From: Moniliella sp. 'wahieum'
Taxonomy: Eukaryota
Direction of reading: 5' to 3'
DNA: 64,000 nucleotides
Assembly: GCA_003971905.1 (NCBI GenBank)
Contig: RSEE01000131.1
Location: 1 to 64,000, forward strand
Below, piece after piece: positions 1 through 11,538 of the stretch (positions are counted from its first letter, which is position 1; each line of letters opens with the position of its first letter). The notes under the pieces are model-generated. The model had not been told where the DNA came from, ran no database searches, and saw nothing but the letters and a program-made list of their open reading frames with translations. The translations under genes were made by a program, and so were the position numbers.

Positions 1-1111
1 TCCGCACACCCCATCACACCTCGGACGACGACAGATCTTCCCCCGAGACTGCCGACCGCATCCTGCGATAGCTCTGCGCGTACCAAACTGTCCCAACCGC
101 TCCTGATGGGCAAGTGCTTGACCACCGTTCCTTGTGGGCCTGTAGCCATCACCGATTCAGCGATTCAGAGTCTTGTTGGCGCAGCGCCCCAATTGCAACA
201 CGTACGTTGGGCGGGTGTCCGCAGTTGAGCGACGGAGCGCTGGATGCGTTGGGCCACTTGGCCCAGGCTTGCGCGTTTTCAAATTGGAATTTGATCCACA
301 TTACGGATTCGGGGATGGGCAGCTGGGACACAGTGCACGGGGCTGAAGGGGTATCTTTGGTAAATTGTCCGCTCAGTGACCGTCGGTGTTTAACCTGGTT
401 TCGGCTGCGCCAGCTGCGCTGGATTACGCTCTACCACATGCGGGAGTTGACCCCGATGAGTGTGTATGCACTGGCGCGTTGTCAGTCACTGCAATCGGTG
501 TTTCTAGCCGGGGGAGCCGGCACTCACTCTGTCGCCCATCTTTCATCTCCTGATTACGCTCCCGCACTTGTATCGCCTCAAACCTCAACGTTTATCATCA
601 TTCGATTCGAACAAACGATTCGCAGCACTTGTTCCAGGCCAACCCAGCCGACTCGCTTCCTCCGTGGTGGGGGATCCCAGCGCTCTCGACCTTCATTCAC
701 CGTCAGGGCATAGTCGACTCAAAGAGTACATGATGAATACTCTTTACGTCCCCGGCACTGTCGATGCTGTCCTGTCGCTCCCTCCCGCTGTCGAAGAGGG
801 ATGACTTTCTGGCCCTAGCCCTGCTTGCCTCTCCGCCCCCCTCAGAGTATTTCCGACATAGCAGCGAGATCGCCCATCCCGACCCTATCTTTCTGGCGCC
901 GCAAGCGGACAACGTCGACGATGATGTACAACTCGTTGGGCCAATGGCGGCAACACCACCAACAACAACAAAATCATGAACAGCAGCACACCACCCCCAC
1001 CACCCACAACACCAAAAGCATCATCACCTCCCCTTCTTACTACCTTGCACCAACGGCTCAAGTCGCGACTGTCGCAACGGAACCGGCGCCGCCATCCATG
1101 ACGCTGGACCG
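1..1111 (+). pseudogene. Partial, diverged duplicate of the 3' half of the F-box/LRR gene (matches 5152..6281); cut by the window edge at 5' and by an LTR-like segment at 3'
   Basis: Colinear nucleotide similarity with many substitutions and indels. ACTGTCGCAACGGAACCGGCGCCGCC occurs in both copies, and both encode LTPMSVYALA.CQSLQ.VFL and LKEYM...PGTVDAVLSLP. Similarity ends at GCTGGACCG (1111 vs 6281). Confidence 0.8.
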
Positions 1112-1679
1112 TGTTATGGGGCGCTCCGGTCATCTCGGGAAACCGATCCCCGCTTTCGCAGACATCTCAGCGAAGCACACACTCCATCCGCGATCCTGGG
1201 GTGAATAAGATCAACACGGGCACCTTGCCGCGGATACTTTCCGCGGACAGCCAGGAAAGGACCGACTTAAACGGTACGACGCTTCGTATCTGCGCGCCCG
1301 ATCGTTGTATACCACCATCTACTCCCCCCAACCAATCACTGTGTGGGAAACGCGGCCCTTTACCCTCTTTTACTACTGTAGATCCCTTCCTTCTGTGATG
1401 CCTGTTCTGATGTTACGGTATATGAGCGCCTTGTCTGAGGCTTGCTGGGGTGATTCTAACCGCCCAATCCACGTCTTTCCCCCCTTCTCCCTCTTCACTT
1501 CTTTACCCTTACGCTTACGAATTTACGGGGCTTCGTCGACCACTAGTTACCACCACGGTTACTGTCAGTAGCGCTTGCTTCTTTAGGACTCTCTGCCTGA
1601 TCCCCCTATTACCAGCGTACCGAGTGAGGTAACACCCCGAGGAACAGAGTAACTCCGGAGATCCTGCACCCCTTCAACA
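1112..1679. mobile_element. Putative solo LTR (568 bp)
   Basis: Starts TGTTAT exactly where the F-box duplicate stops matching and ends CAACA where the transposase remnant is truncated. No convincing ORF. The 5-bp flanks differ (GACCG / GGTCT), so there is no TSD. Confidence 0.5.
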
Positions 1680-3050
1680 GGTCTTCCGACCTACACAGCC
1701 GTCCACATTGGCCATTAGCTTGCGCGCCCGGGGTTTTTGGCCATCAACTCCTTGCAGGCATGCCGGACTGACTGCCTCCATTACTGGCCGGAGACGGTCT
1801 TTGGCCTTGTAACTTAAGTGCGACTCATGATCAGACGCATTAGTTCTTTGCCCGTCCCGAGAAGAATGTATGGAGATAATCGAATGGGAAAGCTTCGGCA
1901 ACGGGGAAATCGTCCAGCTCCAGGAGAGAGAGTTAGTGAAGTCAGTTTCGCGCAGAGTGTCTAGACGGTCTCTGTTATCCAATCGCTTCGGGACGTCAAC
2001 CATCTCGCCGTGGTTCCGGGAGGGCGGGTCTCCGAATCGCGGTTTCTCGCCATATCAACCTCCCCCTGAGCGGTACGATGGAACAGTGGATGATCTTGTC
2101 CTTAACTCCATGGGCCTTGACAAGAGCATCATACTCATTGCTGTGCCCAAGGACCGACTCCTCCGCTTGAAGGGCAATGATGCGTTTGATCTCCTCATTA
2201 GTGCGTGCTCGTCCTGGCGTTAGGTGGCTCGAATCCGCTCTTCCGAGAAAACGTCAGTTATGTTCGGGAATCCAGAAAGGATCTGCACATGCGACAATAC
2301 CCTTTTGCGGACATCATGGGAGCTCAGTGCCGCGTGGCACGCGGGTTGTCAGCGCGTCAGCGTTGACACATATACGAGCTTGGGTACCAGATGAGATTCT
2401 CGCCCGTTACGCCATCTTTCACAGCCCACCCTTCTTGGTCAAAGCTTGAAGTTCATCAGCCCCACTTGATCACCGTTTGATATCAAGTTGACCGGTCCCC
2501 TGATTTGTTCTAGACCCTGTTCCCCCCCCCGTTGGCTAGTATGCTCTCCCCTTCCTCCTCCTCCATAGTTGTGATTCAGCTCGCATGTTTCTCTTCTGCT
2601 CCGAGGCATATACCCTCACCCTCTCTGTTCACCTCGATGATATGATCCTCATCCTTTCCCCCCTCTCCCGCCTTCTGGTGGCTCCCCGTTGAGGAGGCGT
2701 AGAGATGGAGAGGTGATGGGATGGGCAGTCGTGAAAAGGAAAGGGGATGGGCCGTATGTTATAACCCCGAGTCTTTTTAAGCGGCGTTGGTGATACCAAG
2801 CAACACACGCAAGATGAATAGTTCGGTTTTAGGCGTAGCGTTTCGTCCCAAGCTTTATAACCTCTGTCAATGATATGGAGGCAATATACGACAGAGTGTA
2901 TATTAGTGCCGCCCCACCCCACAAAGTCGATGGCAACTACTAGCTTTGCAAGTTCGAGTGTCATATGGGGCGAGCCCCGAGATGGAACCCGACCCCGGAA
3001 TTTAGGGTGAAAGCCCTTGGACATGGCATTAGAGTTACGCACTTTCGGGT
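1680..3050 (-). mobile_element. Degenerate CACTA/EnSpm (CMC, Tnp2-like) transposase remnant
   Basis: Minus-strand motifs occur in the expected order across frameshifts and stops: KLVVAIDFVG...RLKPNY...LVSPTPLK (~2950-2775); DELQALTKKG.AVKDGVTGENLIWYP..VNADAL (~2460-2350); KGYCRMC (~2300); LELDDFPVAEAFPFDYLHTFFSG (~1925-1855, a D-x-L/M-H motif). Boundaries are approximate. Confidence 0.6.
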
Positions 3051-4113
3051 CCTGCTTCAGTTACTGGTTGAACCGAGCGGGTGGAGGCAAGGGAGAGGCC
3101 CTCTCGTTTGGGTGGCTGCCTGCGTGCAAGCCGTATAGTAGGCAGAAACAGGCAGAGTCCTTTGTGTTTGAGGGTAGTGCTACGGTTCCCCCCTGCACGG
3201 CCCTCAGTGGATCGACGATGGTCGCTTAGCCGGAGAAGAGTTCCGCTCGCAGGCCGCGCACGTCTCTCTCTCGCTCCATCTCCCTTCTCTCTCTCTCTTT
3301 CTCCTTCCCTTCAGACGTTTTGCTTGAAGACTTGTGGCTCACCCCTTTGCCTTCACGCCGTGTCTGATGGCTGCTTTGCACCTGATCCATACTAGGATCG
3401 CGAAGAAAAGTGCTCCCAAGTCGCACTCTAGCACTTTGAGGAGAAGACAGGGAAGTGTGGGAGCTGATCAAGGGAAATATGGCTCCACTGCTCATGGACT
3501 CGGTGGACCTTATCCAAAACAGAAGGGGTTCACAGTGAAATGGACACTAGGGGGATAGGTTGGAGAGGAGAAGAAGGAGTTGGAGAAACATTTTGTCGCT
3601 AGCGTTGAGCTAGGTGGCTCGTGCGTTGGTCAATGTCCCTTCAGTTCCTCCTCAGGCCTAGGAGTTCCGCTGCTTCCCCTCTCCTGTTTCCTCCTTGTCC
3701 CGCAGCTTAGCCCCTGATGGCAACTCGCTCCTTGATGCTCCTCTGTAGGCATTGCTGGTTGCCACCTCACCACCACCAGTGCGAATGCATCACCCTCGAG
3801 GACCATCATGCATCATGACTGCAAGAATCATCAGCTAGCGCCCGTGCCAAGGTGTGGAATATCACCCTTCTTGCGATACAACAGGTAAATGCCTTGGCCC
3901 CACTCTGCGGTCAAACACTCTCGATCCCGGCCATTGAAAGCTTATATATACGTACTTGTTAATACGCCCCCTGCTGCGACTGAACGACGCAGCCGCTCCA
4001 GTGACAGTAACCCCCGCACCCGAATCCTCCGCATATAACTCTCCTGCCATCCTCTCATCACCTCTTCTTGTGCCCACACCCCCACCACCACCACCACCAC
4101 CACCACACTGCCA

Positions 4114-6318
4114 ATGAAGCGCACGCCTCTCACACCCGTCCTCCTGCCGCCCGCCGTCCGGCTCGTCTGACCCAATTCCTCCCTCGACGTTTCTTGCAGC
4201 CAGCAGCCCCCAACCCAACAGCCCCCAACCCAACAGCCCCCAACCCTTCCACCAGCCGCTTAACCGGCCCCTTCCCCCGCTGGGAATGGGCCCGTCTGCC
4301 GCATAAAGTTCTGCTGCAGATCATGGAAACGGCTGCCGCCATCAACAGCGACCTGTTGCTTCCGTGCCTCCTCGTGTGCCGGGCGTGGAGTGCGGCCGCC
4401 GTCGTCCCGCTCTGGCATTCTCCCGTTTCCCCATCCGGCTACCTTGGACCGCTTCACCTCCGTCTTGGCCCAGGCCCAGACCCATTCCACTTTTTACACT
4501 TACCCCACCTTCGTTCGCAACCTCGACCTTTCCGTTCTGCCGAATGGCTGCCCACCGCTCCGAACCATGCACTTGGATAGCTTGAAACTGTGTACGCGCA
4601 TGCGAACGCTGGCTCTCAGTGGCCGCGGGAGCGACTCGTTGCCGGATGTCCAAGTCGCCGCCCTGATCCTAGCCAACCCTGGCCTCTGCCACGTGAGGTT
4701 CTTATGCATGAACAGTGTCGGCCCATCGACGATGGAGGCCTTGACGTTGGCCCGTGGCTTGCAACTTCTTGAACTGAGTGACTGTGCGCTCGTTACGAGC
4801 ACCATGGTAGCGCAAGTGGCACTGAAGTGTCCGCAGCTCAAACAGGTCCGCCTGGGCAGTACCCACAACACAATAGGCGACCAGGGGATTGGTGCCCTGG
4901 CCAGTCTCTGTCGTCACCTCGAGCACATCGAGCTACGCCTTCCCTTCATTACCGACCAGGCAGTGCGAGCACTGTGGACGTACGCAGAATCAGTGCACCG
5001 CTGTACATATGTAATGGCCATGGGTTGACTTCGTATGCATTCCCCAAATGCGGCGACCTCCACCTTCCATCAACAGGCACACCATGGCTCCTGCCGCCCA
5101 CCGGCAATCCACAGGCTTCGGGTCAGCCCTTTCTCGAAGACAGCTTACCGCTCCCGCACGACCCATCCCGGTCGGACGACGATCGAGCTTCCCCGAGACT
5201 GCCGACCTACATCCTGCGTTAGCACTGCCGTGTACCAAACTGACCCAACCACTCCTTATGGGCAAGTGCTTGACCACGGTTTCCCTGATTCGCTGTATAC
5301 AGCTCACCGATCCAGCGATTCAGGGTCTCGTTGCCGCAGCACCCCATTTGCAAAACGTAATGTTGGGCATGTGTCCGCAGTTGGGCGATGGAGCGCTGGA
5401 CGCGTTGGGCGAGTTGGGTCCAGGCTTGCAGCTTGTCATGTTGGCGGATTTGGACCGCATTACGGATGCGGGGGTGGTGCGGCTGGCACGACAGTGCACG
5501 GGACTGGAGTCGGTAACTTTGTCAGAGTGTCCCTGTTGAGTGACCGGTCGGTGTTCAACCTGGTTCGGCTGCCCCAGCTGCGCGAGATTACGCTCTACCG
5601 GATGCGGGGGTTGACCCCGATGAGTGTGTATGCACTGGCGCTTTGTCAGTCACTGCAAGCGGTGTTTCTAACCGGGTGGGAGCCGGCACTGACTCCATCG
5701 CCCATCTTTCATCTCCTGATTACGCTCCCACTCTTGCATAGCCTCAAGCTCAACGTTTATCATTCGATTCGAACGAACGATTCGCAGCACTTTTTCCAGC
5801 CCAACTACCCAGCCGGCTCGCTTGGTCCGGGGTGGTGGGATCCAGCGCTCTCGAGCTCCGTTCACCGTCAGGGCATCGTCCAGCTCAAAGAGTACATGAT
5901 CAATTGTCTTTACCCCCCCGGCACTGTCGATGCTGTCCTGTCGCTCCCGCTGCCGGACCGGGATGACTTTCTGGCGCAAGCCTGCTCCCCTCTCCGCCCC
6001 CCTATTACTTCCAACATAGAAACACGATCGCCCTTCCCAACCCTATCTTTCTGGCGCCGCAAGCGGACAACGTCGACGATGATGTACACTCGTCGGCGAG
6101 CCAATCGCGGCAACACCACCACAAAAAAAACATGAACAACAACCACTTCCACAGCCACAGCCACCCCCACCACCACAACAACAACACGGATCATCACCGC
6201 CCCGTCTTCCTACCTTGCCCCAACGGCTCAAGTCGCGACTGTCGCAACGGAACCGGCGCCGCCGTCAATGAGGCTGGACCGCCTCCAGTCCTTTCCACGC
6301 AGGGCTAGGCTCTCATGA
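4114..6318 (+). CDS. F-box / cysteine-containing LRR protein, GRR1-like SCF substrate adaptor (frameshifted)
   Basis: F-box WARLPHKVLLQIM...LLPCLLVCRAWSAAAVVPLWHSP, then YPTFVRNLDLS and LRR repeats (LELSDCALVT, LKCPQLKQVRL, LGKCL...LIRCIQLTD, LGMCPQLGD, LADLDRITD), and a C-terminal GIVQLKEYM. Stitched from ORFs 4068, 4390, 5048 and 5035. Confidence 0.85.
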
Positions 6319-7563
6319 GAGTCCTAACTCAAGTTATCATTGCGAAAGCGGTTCCTCTGTGCTGGAGAATAAAAGAGCCAGCGAGGCTAGGACGACAGCA
6401 CGATGTTATATGATGTGGCGGGGCAGCTGACGCCCCCCCGCAGTTGGAAAGGAAAAGCACTGTATCAATTCATTGAGAAACCGGGCTGTGGTGCTTCTCT
6501 CAACTGAACGATGCTTCTTCTTTTCTTTTCTTTCTTTTCTTGTCAAGGGGTAAGACCATCACCACGAGACTGACAAGAGCACAGCACACTATGTATAATG
6601 TTGGAAATCGAGTCGCTCTACCCGTAAGCGCAATTCACCAAGAAGACACCACCCCGAGACACTTTCCCCAAATCTTGCATTGACACATTTCGCGCTAATA
6701 GCCCTGTGGTCTCCTGCACCATGTAAAGCCGTACCCGTCACAGGGCGATGCATGGAAGAGCCATGTCCTATCAAAGAATAGAGCAAAATGCACGGGATAG
6801 TAGATATGCAGGATCAGTGGACGTTGAAGCGTCGGAGCAGCTTTTGTTCGAGTCAACCAGTGACATCGCGACGTCACCAGGTTGCCGCTGGATCCCTTGG
6901 GCCCGATGTGAGGGAGAGCTGAGAAGACAGATGATGCATGACGGTGCCATCCGGCCTAGGCCGGGCCCTCTAGAATGCGATGCAAGTCGGACCAAAAGGG
7001 ACGGATGTTGCGTCCTGCGCAGCTTCTACGCCCCAAAGTGAAGGGGGATGAGCACCGATGGCCGACGGATCGTTTAACCCAAGTAGGTCGTCGGGCTCAT
7101 GGAAGTCCAAAATCGCCATCCGGTTCACACCGCTTTCAATGTAGCCCCGGGCGATCGCTCTGCCAATCCCGCGAGCTGCACCGGTCAGCAGCGCCGACTT
7201 GCCCGTCGGCGAACTTCATCCATACACTCTTGTGCGTCAGTGTATGATTGGGGAAGGGGAAGGGGAGGGGGGTTTAAGAGCAGCTGGATATTGTTGCGCA
7301 AGTGCCATGTAGTGGTTACCCTAGCATTCTTACGAATGCATCCTTTCGTCTTCCTAACCGTTCGTCTCTGGCCGCGGATACGACGACGTCGGGGGCGCAG
7401 GCGCTGGCTGTCGCGCTATCAACGTTCAATCTTCAGCTCTGATCCAACCTAATGGGGAGAAAAGGTAATGAGTAACCAACAACAAGAGCCACTGATTGGG
7501 GTTGTGCGAGAAGAGGGGGACAATGGCAAGAAGCAGGGGAAAAAAGACGAGAATACACGCTAC

Positions 7564-8749
7564 TCAAGCGGCCTCGTCAGCTGCCGGCTCAGCTGTCGGC
7601 TTGGCGGAGGGTGCGGCGGCGGAGGACTCGGCAGCGGATGCGGCGGTGGCGGACTCGACAGCCGGCTCGGCGGCGGAGGACTCGGCGGTGGGCACGGCAG
7701 CGGCGGACTCGGCAGCGGCGGACTCGGCGGTGGACTCGGCGGCGGGGCGGCGGCGGACTCGGCAGCGGTGGACTCGGCAGCCGGCTCGGCGGTGGCGGAC
7801 TCGGCAGCGGGGCGCGGCGGCGGGGCGCGCGGCGGAGGACTCGGCGGCGGGTGCGGCGGTGGCGGACTCAGCAGCGGACTCGGCGTGGCGGACTCAGCAG
7901 CGGACTCGGCGGTGGCGACTCGGCGGTGGCGGACTCGGCAGCCGGCTCGGCAGTCGGTTCCGCCTCGGGCTCGCCTCCTGCATGTCCGACGTCCAGAGCG
8001 TCAGGTTATCGCGCAGCAGCTGCATCATCAGTGTCGAGTCCCTGTAGGACTCTTCCGACAAGGTGTCCAGCTCGGCAATCGCATCGTCAAACGCCAGCTT
8101 GGCCAGGTGGCAAGCGCGGTCGGGCGAGTTGAGGATCTCATAGTAGAACACGGAGAAGTTGAGTGCCAGACCGAGGCGGATGGGGTGGAGGAAGCCAGCT
8201 CGGTGCCCGTCGGAAGCGGCCTTGTACGCCTCGAGAGACTGTCCGTGCTCTCCTGCTGCGTGGAACTCGTGACAAACTCGGCCAATAGCGGTAGTAGTCC
8301 CCTTCATCTTGTAGTAGAACACTTTGCCCTCTCCCGTCGTAGCCGAGGGCAAGAGGTGCTTGTCGATCACGGCGACAATGTCATCGCAAATCTTGGCCAG
8401 CTCCGCCTCAATCTTCTCGCGGTAGGTCTTGGCCATGCCAAACTGGGCGTGTTGCCCTCGCTCTCCTCCTTGTTCGATGGAGGAGACGATGCGCCAGGAA
8501 GCACGGCGGGCACCAATCACGTTCTTGTACGCGACCGAAAGCAGGTTGCGCTCCTCCACGGTCAGTTCCTGGCCAGCGGAAGCGACGAGGTTGATGTGCT
8601 CAACCATCTCTGTGGCAAGCGGGTTAGGTTGGCAGGACGAGGCGAGGCGGGGCGCAGATACCGCAACAGAGACGGAACCACGCACCGTCGTACCGCTCAG
8701 CCTGCTCGGCAAGCTTGGCAAGGTAGACGTTGTCCTCGGGGGTAGACAT
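7564..8749 (-). CDS. BMH1: 14-3-3 family protein with a long Ala/Glu/Pro/Ser repeat C-terminal tail; intron 8610..8685
   Basis: [25 protein letters not shown]...[98 protein letters not shown] intron with CTAAC. The symbol denotes the family, not proven orthology. Confidence 0.97.
7580..7960. repeat. Imperfect coding minisatellite (GGCGGACTCGGCAGC-type units) forming the 14-3-3 tail
   Basis: Many tandem variants of GGACTCGGC(A/G)GCGG; the minus strand reads [16 protein letters not shown]. Confidence 0.9.
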
Positions 8750-9618
8750 GGCAGGCAAGGGGAGGATGATGGGGATGGGGATGAGGAGGAGGTTGACGTT
8801 GAGGAGGAGGTTGAGGATGAGGGCCAAGGCCACGGCCACGGCCAAGCCCCTGAGGGTGGTTGGTGTATTGAGCCAGGCTGTGGCGTGGACTGTCCGATCC
8901 CATCGGCGATGGACGGTCAATGATTAATGACCGTGACCCATGATCGATGATCGATAATCCAGCGTATCACGCACATCCACACTGCCCTCCTGCCCTTGCG
9001 CTCCGCCTGAGTGTGTCTGGGCCTGCGGCTGCGCCTGCCCCCCCGCCCAGGGCCAGTGTGATGCGCAACCCTACTGCGACCTGGGTGCTCCACATAAGCG
9101 AGCGCATGCTAGCGCTCCAACCACCCGGGGGGACGCGTGACGTGGGCCTGTCATGTGACCTCTCCCCCGGCGCGATGGACGGTAGAAGAGCAAGCGGGAG
9201 CAGCAGCAGCCCCCAGCGGCCGACTCGCCTCTTCTGGCGCTGGTGCCACCGTGTCGAGCAGCGAGCGTAGTGCTCGATTACGCCGACCAAGGAAGCCTTG
9301 GCGGACTGGATGTCCCTGAGAGCATAGGTGCACGTGACATCACATGTGGCAGGCGATGCGATGGGCGTGGACTCGGCCGTTGAAATTTCACATCCTCGCC
9401 ATGCCCTCCAGCATTGAAATTTCACCACCTCGACGAAGCCTTGGCACAAGGGCAGTCATCGGGGACACTGGCTGGGTGCGGGACTGGATTTCTAATTGGG
9501 GGTCGGGGCGCTTGGCTGCCCAGCCCCGCTGGCCGGCGAGCTGCGACCACTACCACTACCACCGCTGCTGCGTGCGTGCTCGTAGGTGGTCTCGACGTGC
9601 TTGGTGCTCCCGCCCTCC

Positions 9619-10169
9619 ATGGCCTTCCCTCTGCGCTCCTCTGTCCGCCTCGCCGTGCGTCCCGCCTCGGCGGCCCTCCGCGCGCCCGTCCCGGCCTGCG
9701 TCCGCTTCTCGTCCTCCGACAGCCACCCGATCAACGAGCCCCCCACGCTCACCTGGGGCGTGCCCGAGGGCCAGAAGCGTCCGCGCGAGTCGTGGGAGAT
9801 GCCGTTTTACGCCTTCTGCGGTGGCTTTGTCATGTTTGCTCTCATCGGCTTCCTCCGCCCCGACACCTCGTGCGTTCGCATCCCTTCCTCCCTTCCTTCT
9901 TCCCCTCCCCTGCCTGCTCACTGCACAGGACACTGACCCCCTGACCCTTTGACCTTTGCTAAATCGTTGGCTGGCGCTATAGGAAGGATGACGAGCACAA
10001 GGCCGAGGCGCTGAGGCGTCTGCAGAACAGCGACCTCAAGTGGTGGTACGAGCCTAGCCCTTACTCGGTCTACTATGGCAGGCCGGAGTATTACCCCCCT
10101 GGGGTGCCTGTGCCCGAGAGGAAGAAGCCGGCGTTTTTGGTGAGTGAGCCGGCCGCGGAGGAGCACTAA
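9619..10169 (+). CDS. NDUFB11: NADH:ubiquinone oxidoreductase ESSS subunit (NDUFB11-like); intron ~9869..9982
   Basis: Arg/Ala/Ser presequence, INEPP..TWGVPEGQKRPRESWEMPFY, one TM helix, RPDTS, then after the intron KAEALRRLQ. This is the typical fungal ESSS layout. Confidence 0.8.
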
Positions 10170-11538
10170 CTTGGGCACGTACCTACCCATGCACTTTCCT
10201 CCTTCTCAGGATCCGCTCTGCCCCACCTCTGCAATCAATCTCCCTTGGCCACTCGGTCCTACATACAATCTTCCCCCCCTCCTCCCGCAGTGGCGCCAAG
10301 AGGAGGCCACAGTGCTAGGGCCCAAGGTTATAGAATGGAAGCTGGCGACCAGTTGATTGCGAGGCGCTGTAAACGTAAACACATCCAGCGCCGCTGTGGG
10401 CTCAAAAGGCTGGGCGAGCAGGACGTGTGGGCGGGCAGCCTCGGTCCCCATCCGGGGAAGAACGTCTGCCTGGCGCCACGGCGCCGTCCGCTTCCTCTCC
10501 AGGGCCCCTTCGGCAGGGGCAGAACTGCTGCTGCAGCGAGATGCCATGGCAGCCCGTTGCGAAGCACAGTGGGATGCGAGCATTTGGGACCGGAATGGGT
10601 TCAGGTGCCGCGGGAGCTGTGGAGGGGGCATCGCTCGACTTGCTCCTCGGCTCAGGCTCTGGGTGGCCGCCCGCCTGGCTCGCCAAGCCAGTTGGGGCAG
10701 AAGCAGGCAAGGACAGGCTGCCCGCGCGGAACCCCCAATTCCGCCCGCCCTGTCATTTATTGTCCTCGCCGGGACCGCATTGGCTAGTGACTAGTGACTA
10801 GGGACGCGTGACGCCTACAGGCGCTGGACTCTCTGAGTGGCTAGCCTGCCTCGTCCTGACTAGCTGGACTGGATACGAAGCCTCGAGTGGGCAGTGGGGC
10901 CCGACGGGATGACCATCCGGACAGAGTCCTGCGCATTGCATATGGAGGACGGGTCCAGATACCAGGAGATCCACACCCACTCTGTGGTGCCCCCCGGCCC
11001 TGAGGGGCGTCATTGGGCTGGCCAAACGAAACGATCGCTCCTCTGCCCCACTCACCCAACCCCTTGCCCTACCGAGCGTGGGGTCCTCGTCCACCTCGTC
11101 CACCATGGAATGTTTGGATCGTTGAACGTTGATTGGTTTCAGGTGGGGATTACATGTCCCATGTGCATATATGGGGCGGAGCCTGGTGCAAGCTAAGCAA
11201 GGGGAATCGGCAAGGGAGGAGGTGATGAGGAAACGGAAAGATGCGTGGAGAGGATCGAGGGCATGATAAGACCGAGGTCGGTCGGCTTGGATGCACTGCA
11301 AGCGCGTCAAATAACGTTTCGCAGAGGGAGAAGCCATCAGGTGCAAGGAGACGTGCTGGGCCAAGGCGAGGCGCCTTAGCGGAGGCGGGGCAGGGGGAGA
11401 GGCGGGAGAGGTTCGGGTACGGACAAGCAGTTTGCCCGGTCCGACGAGCCAGGGGCAAGCTGAGCAGAAACCTCAATCCAGAGTGGTAGTAGCACTGTAG
11501 TGTAGTGTAGTATAGTGTAGTGTGGTCGTGATCGTGGT

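Noticed and set aside
7468..8745. 425-aa Gly-rich plus-strand ORF
   Set aside because: Antisense shadow of the 14-3-3 gene and its repeat tail.
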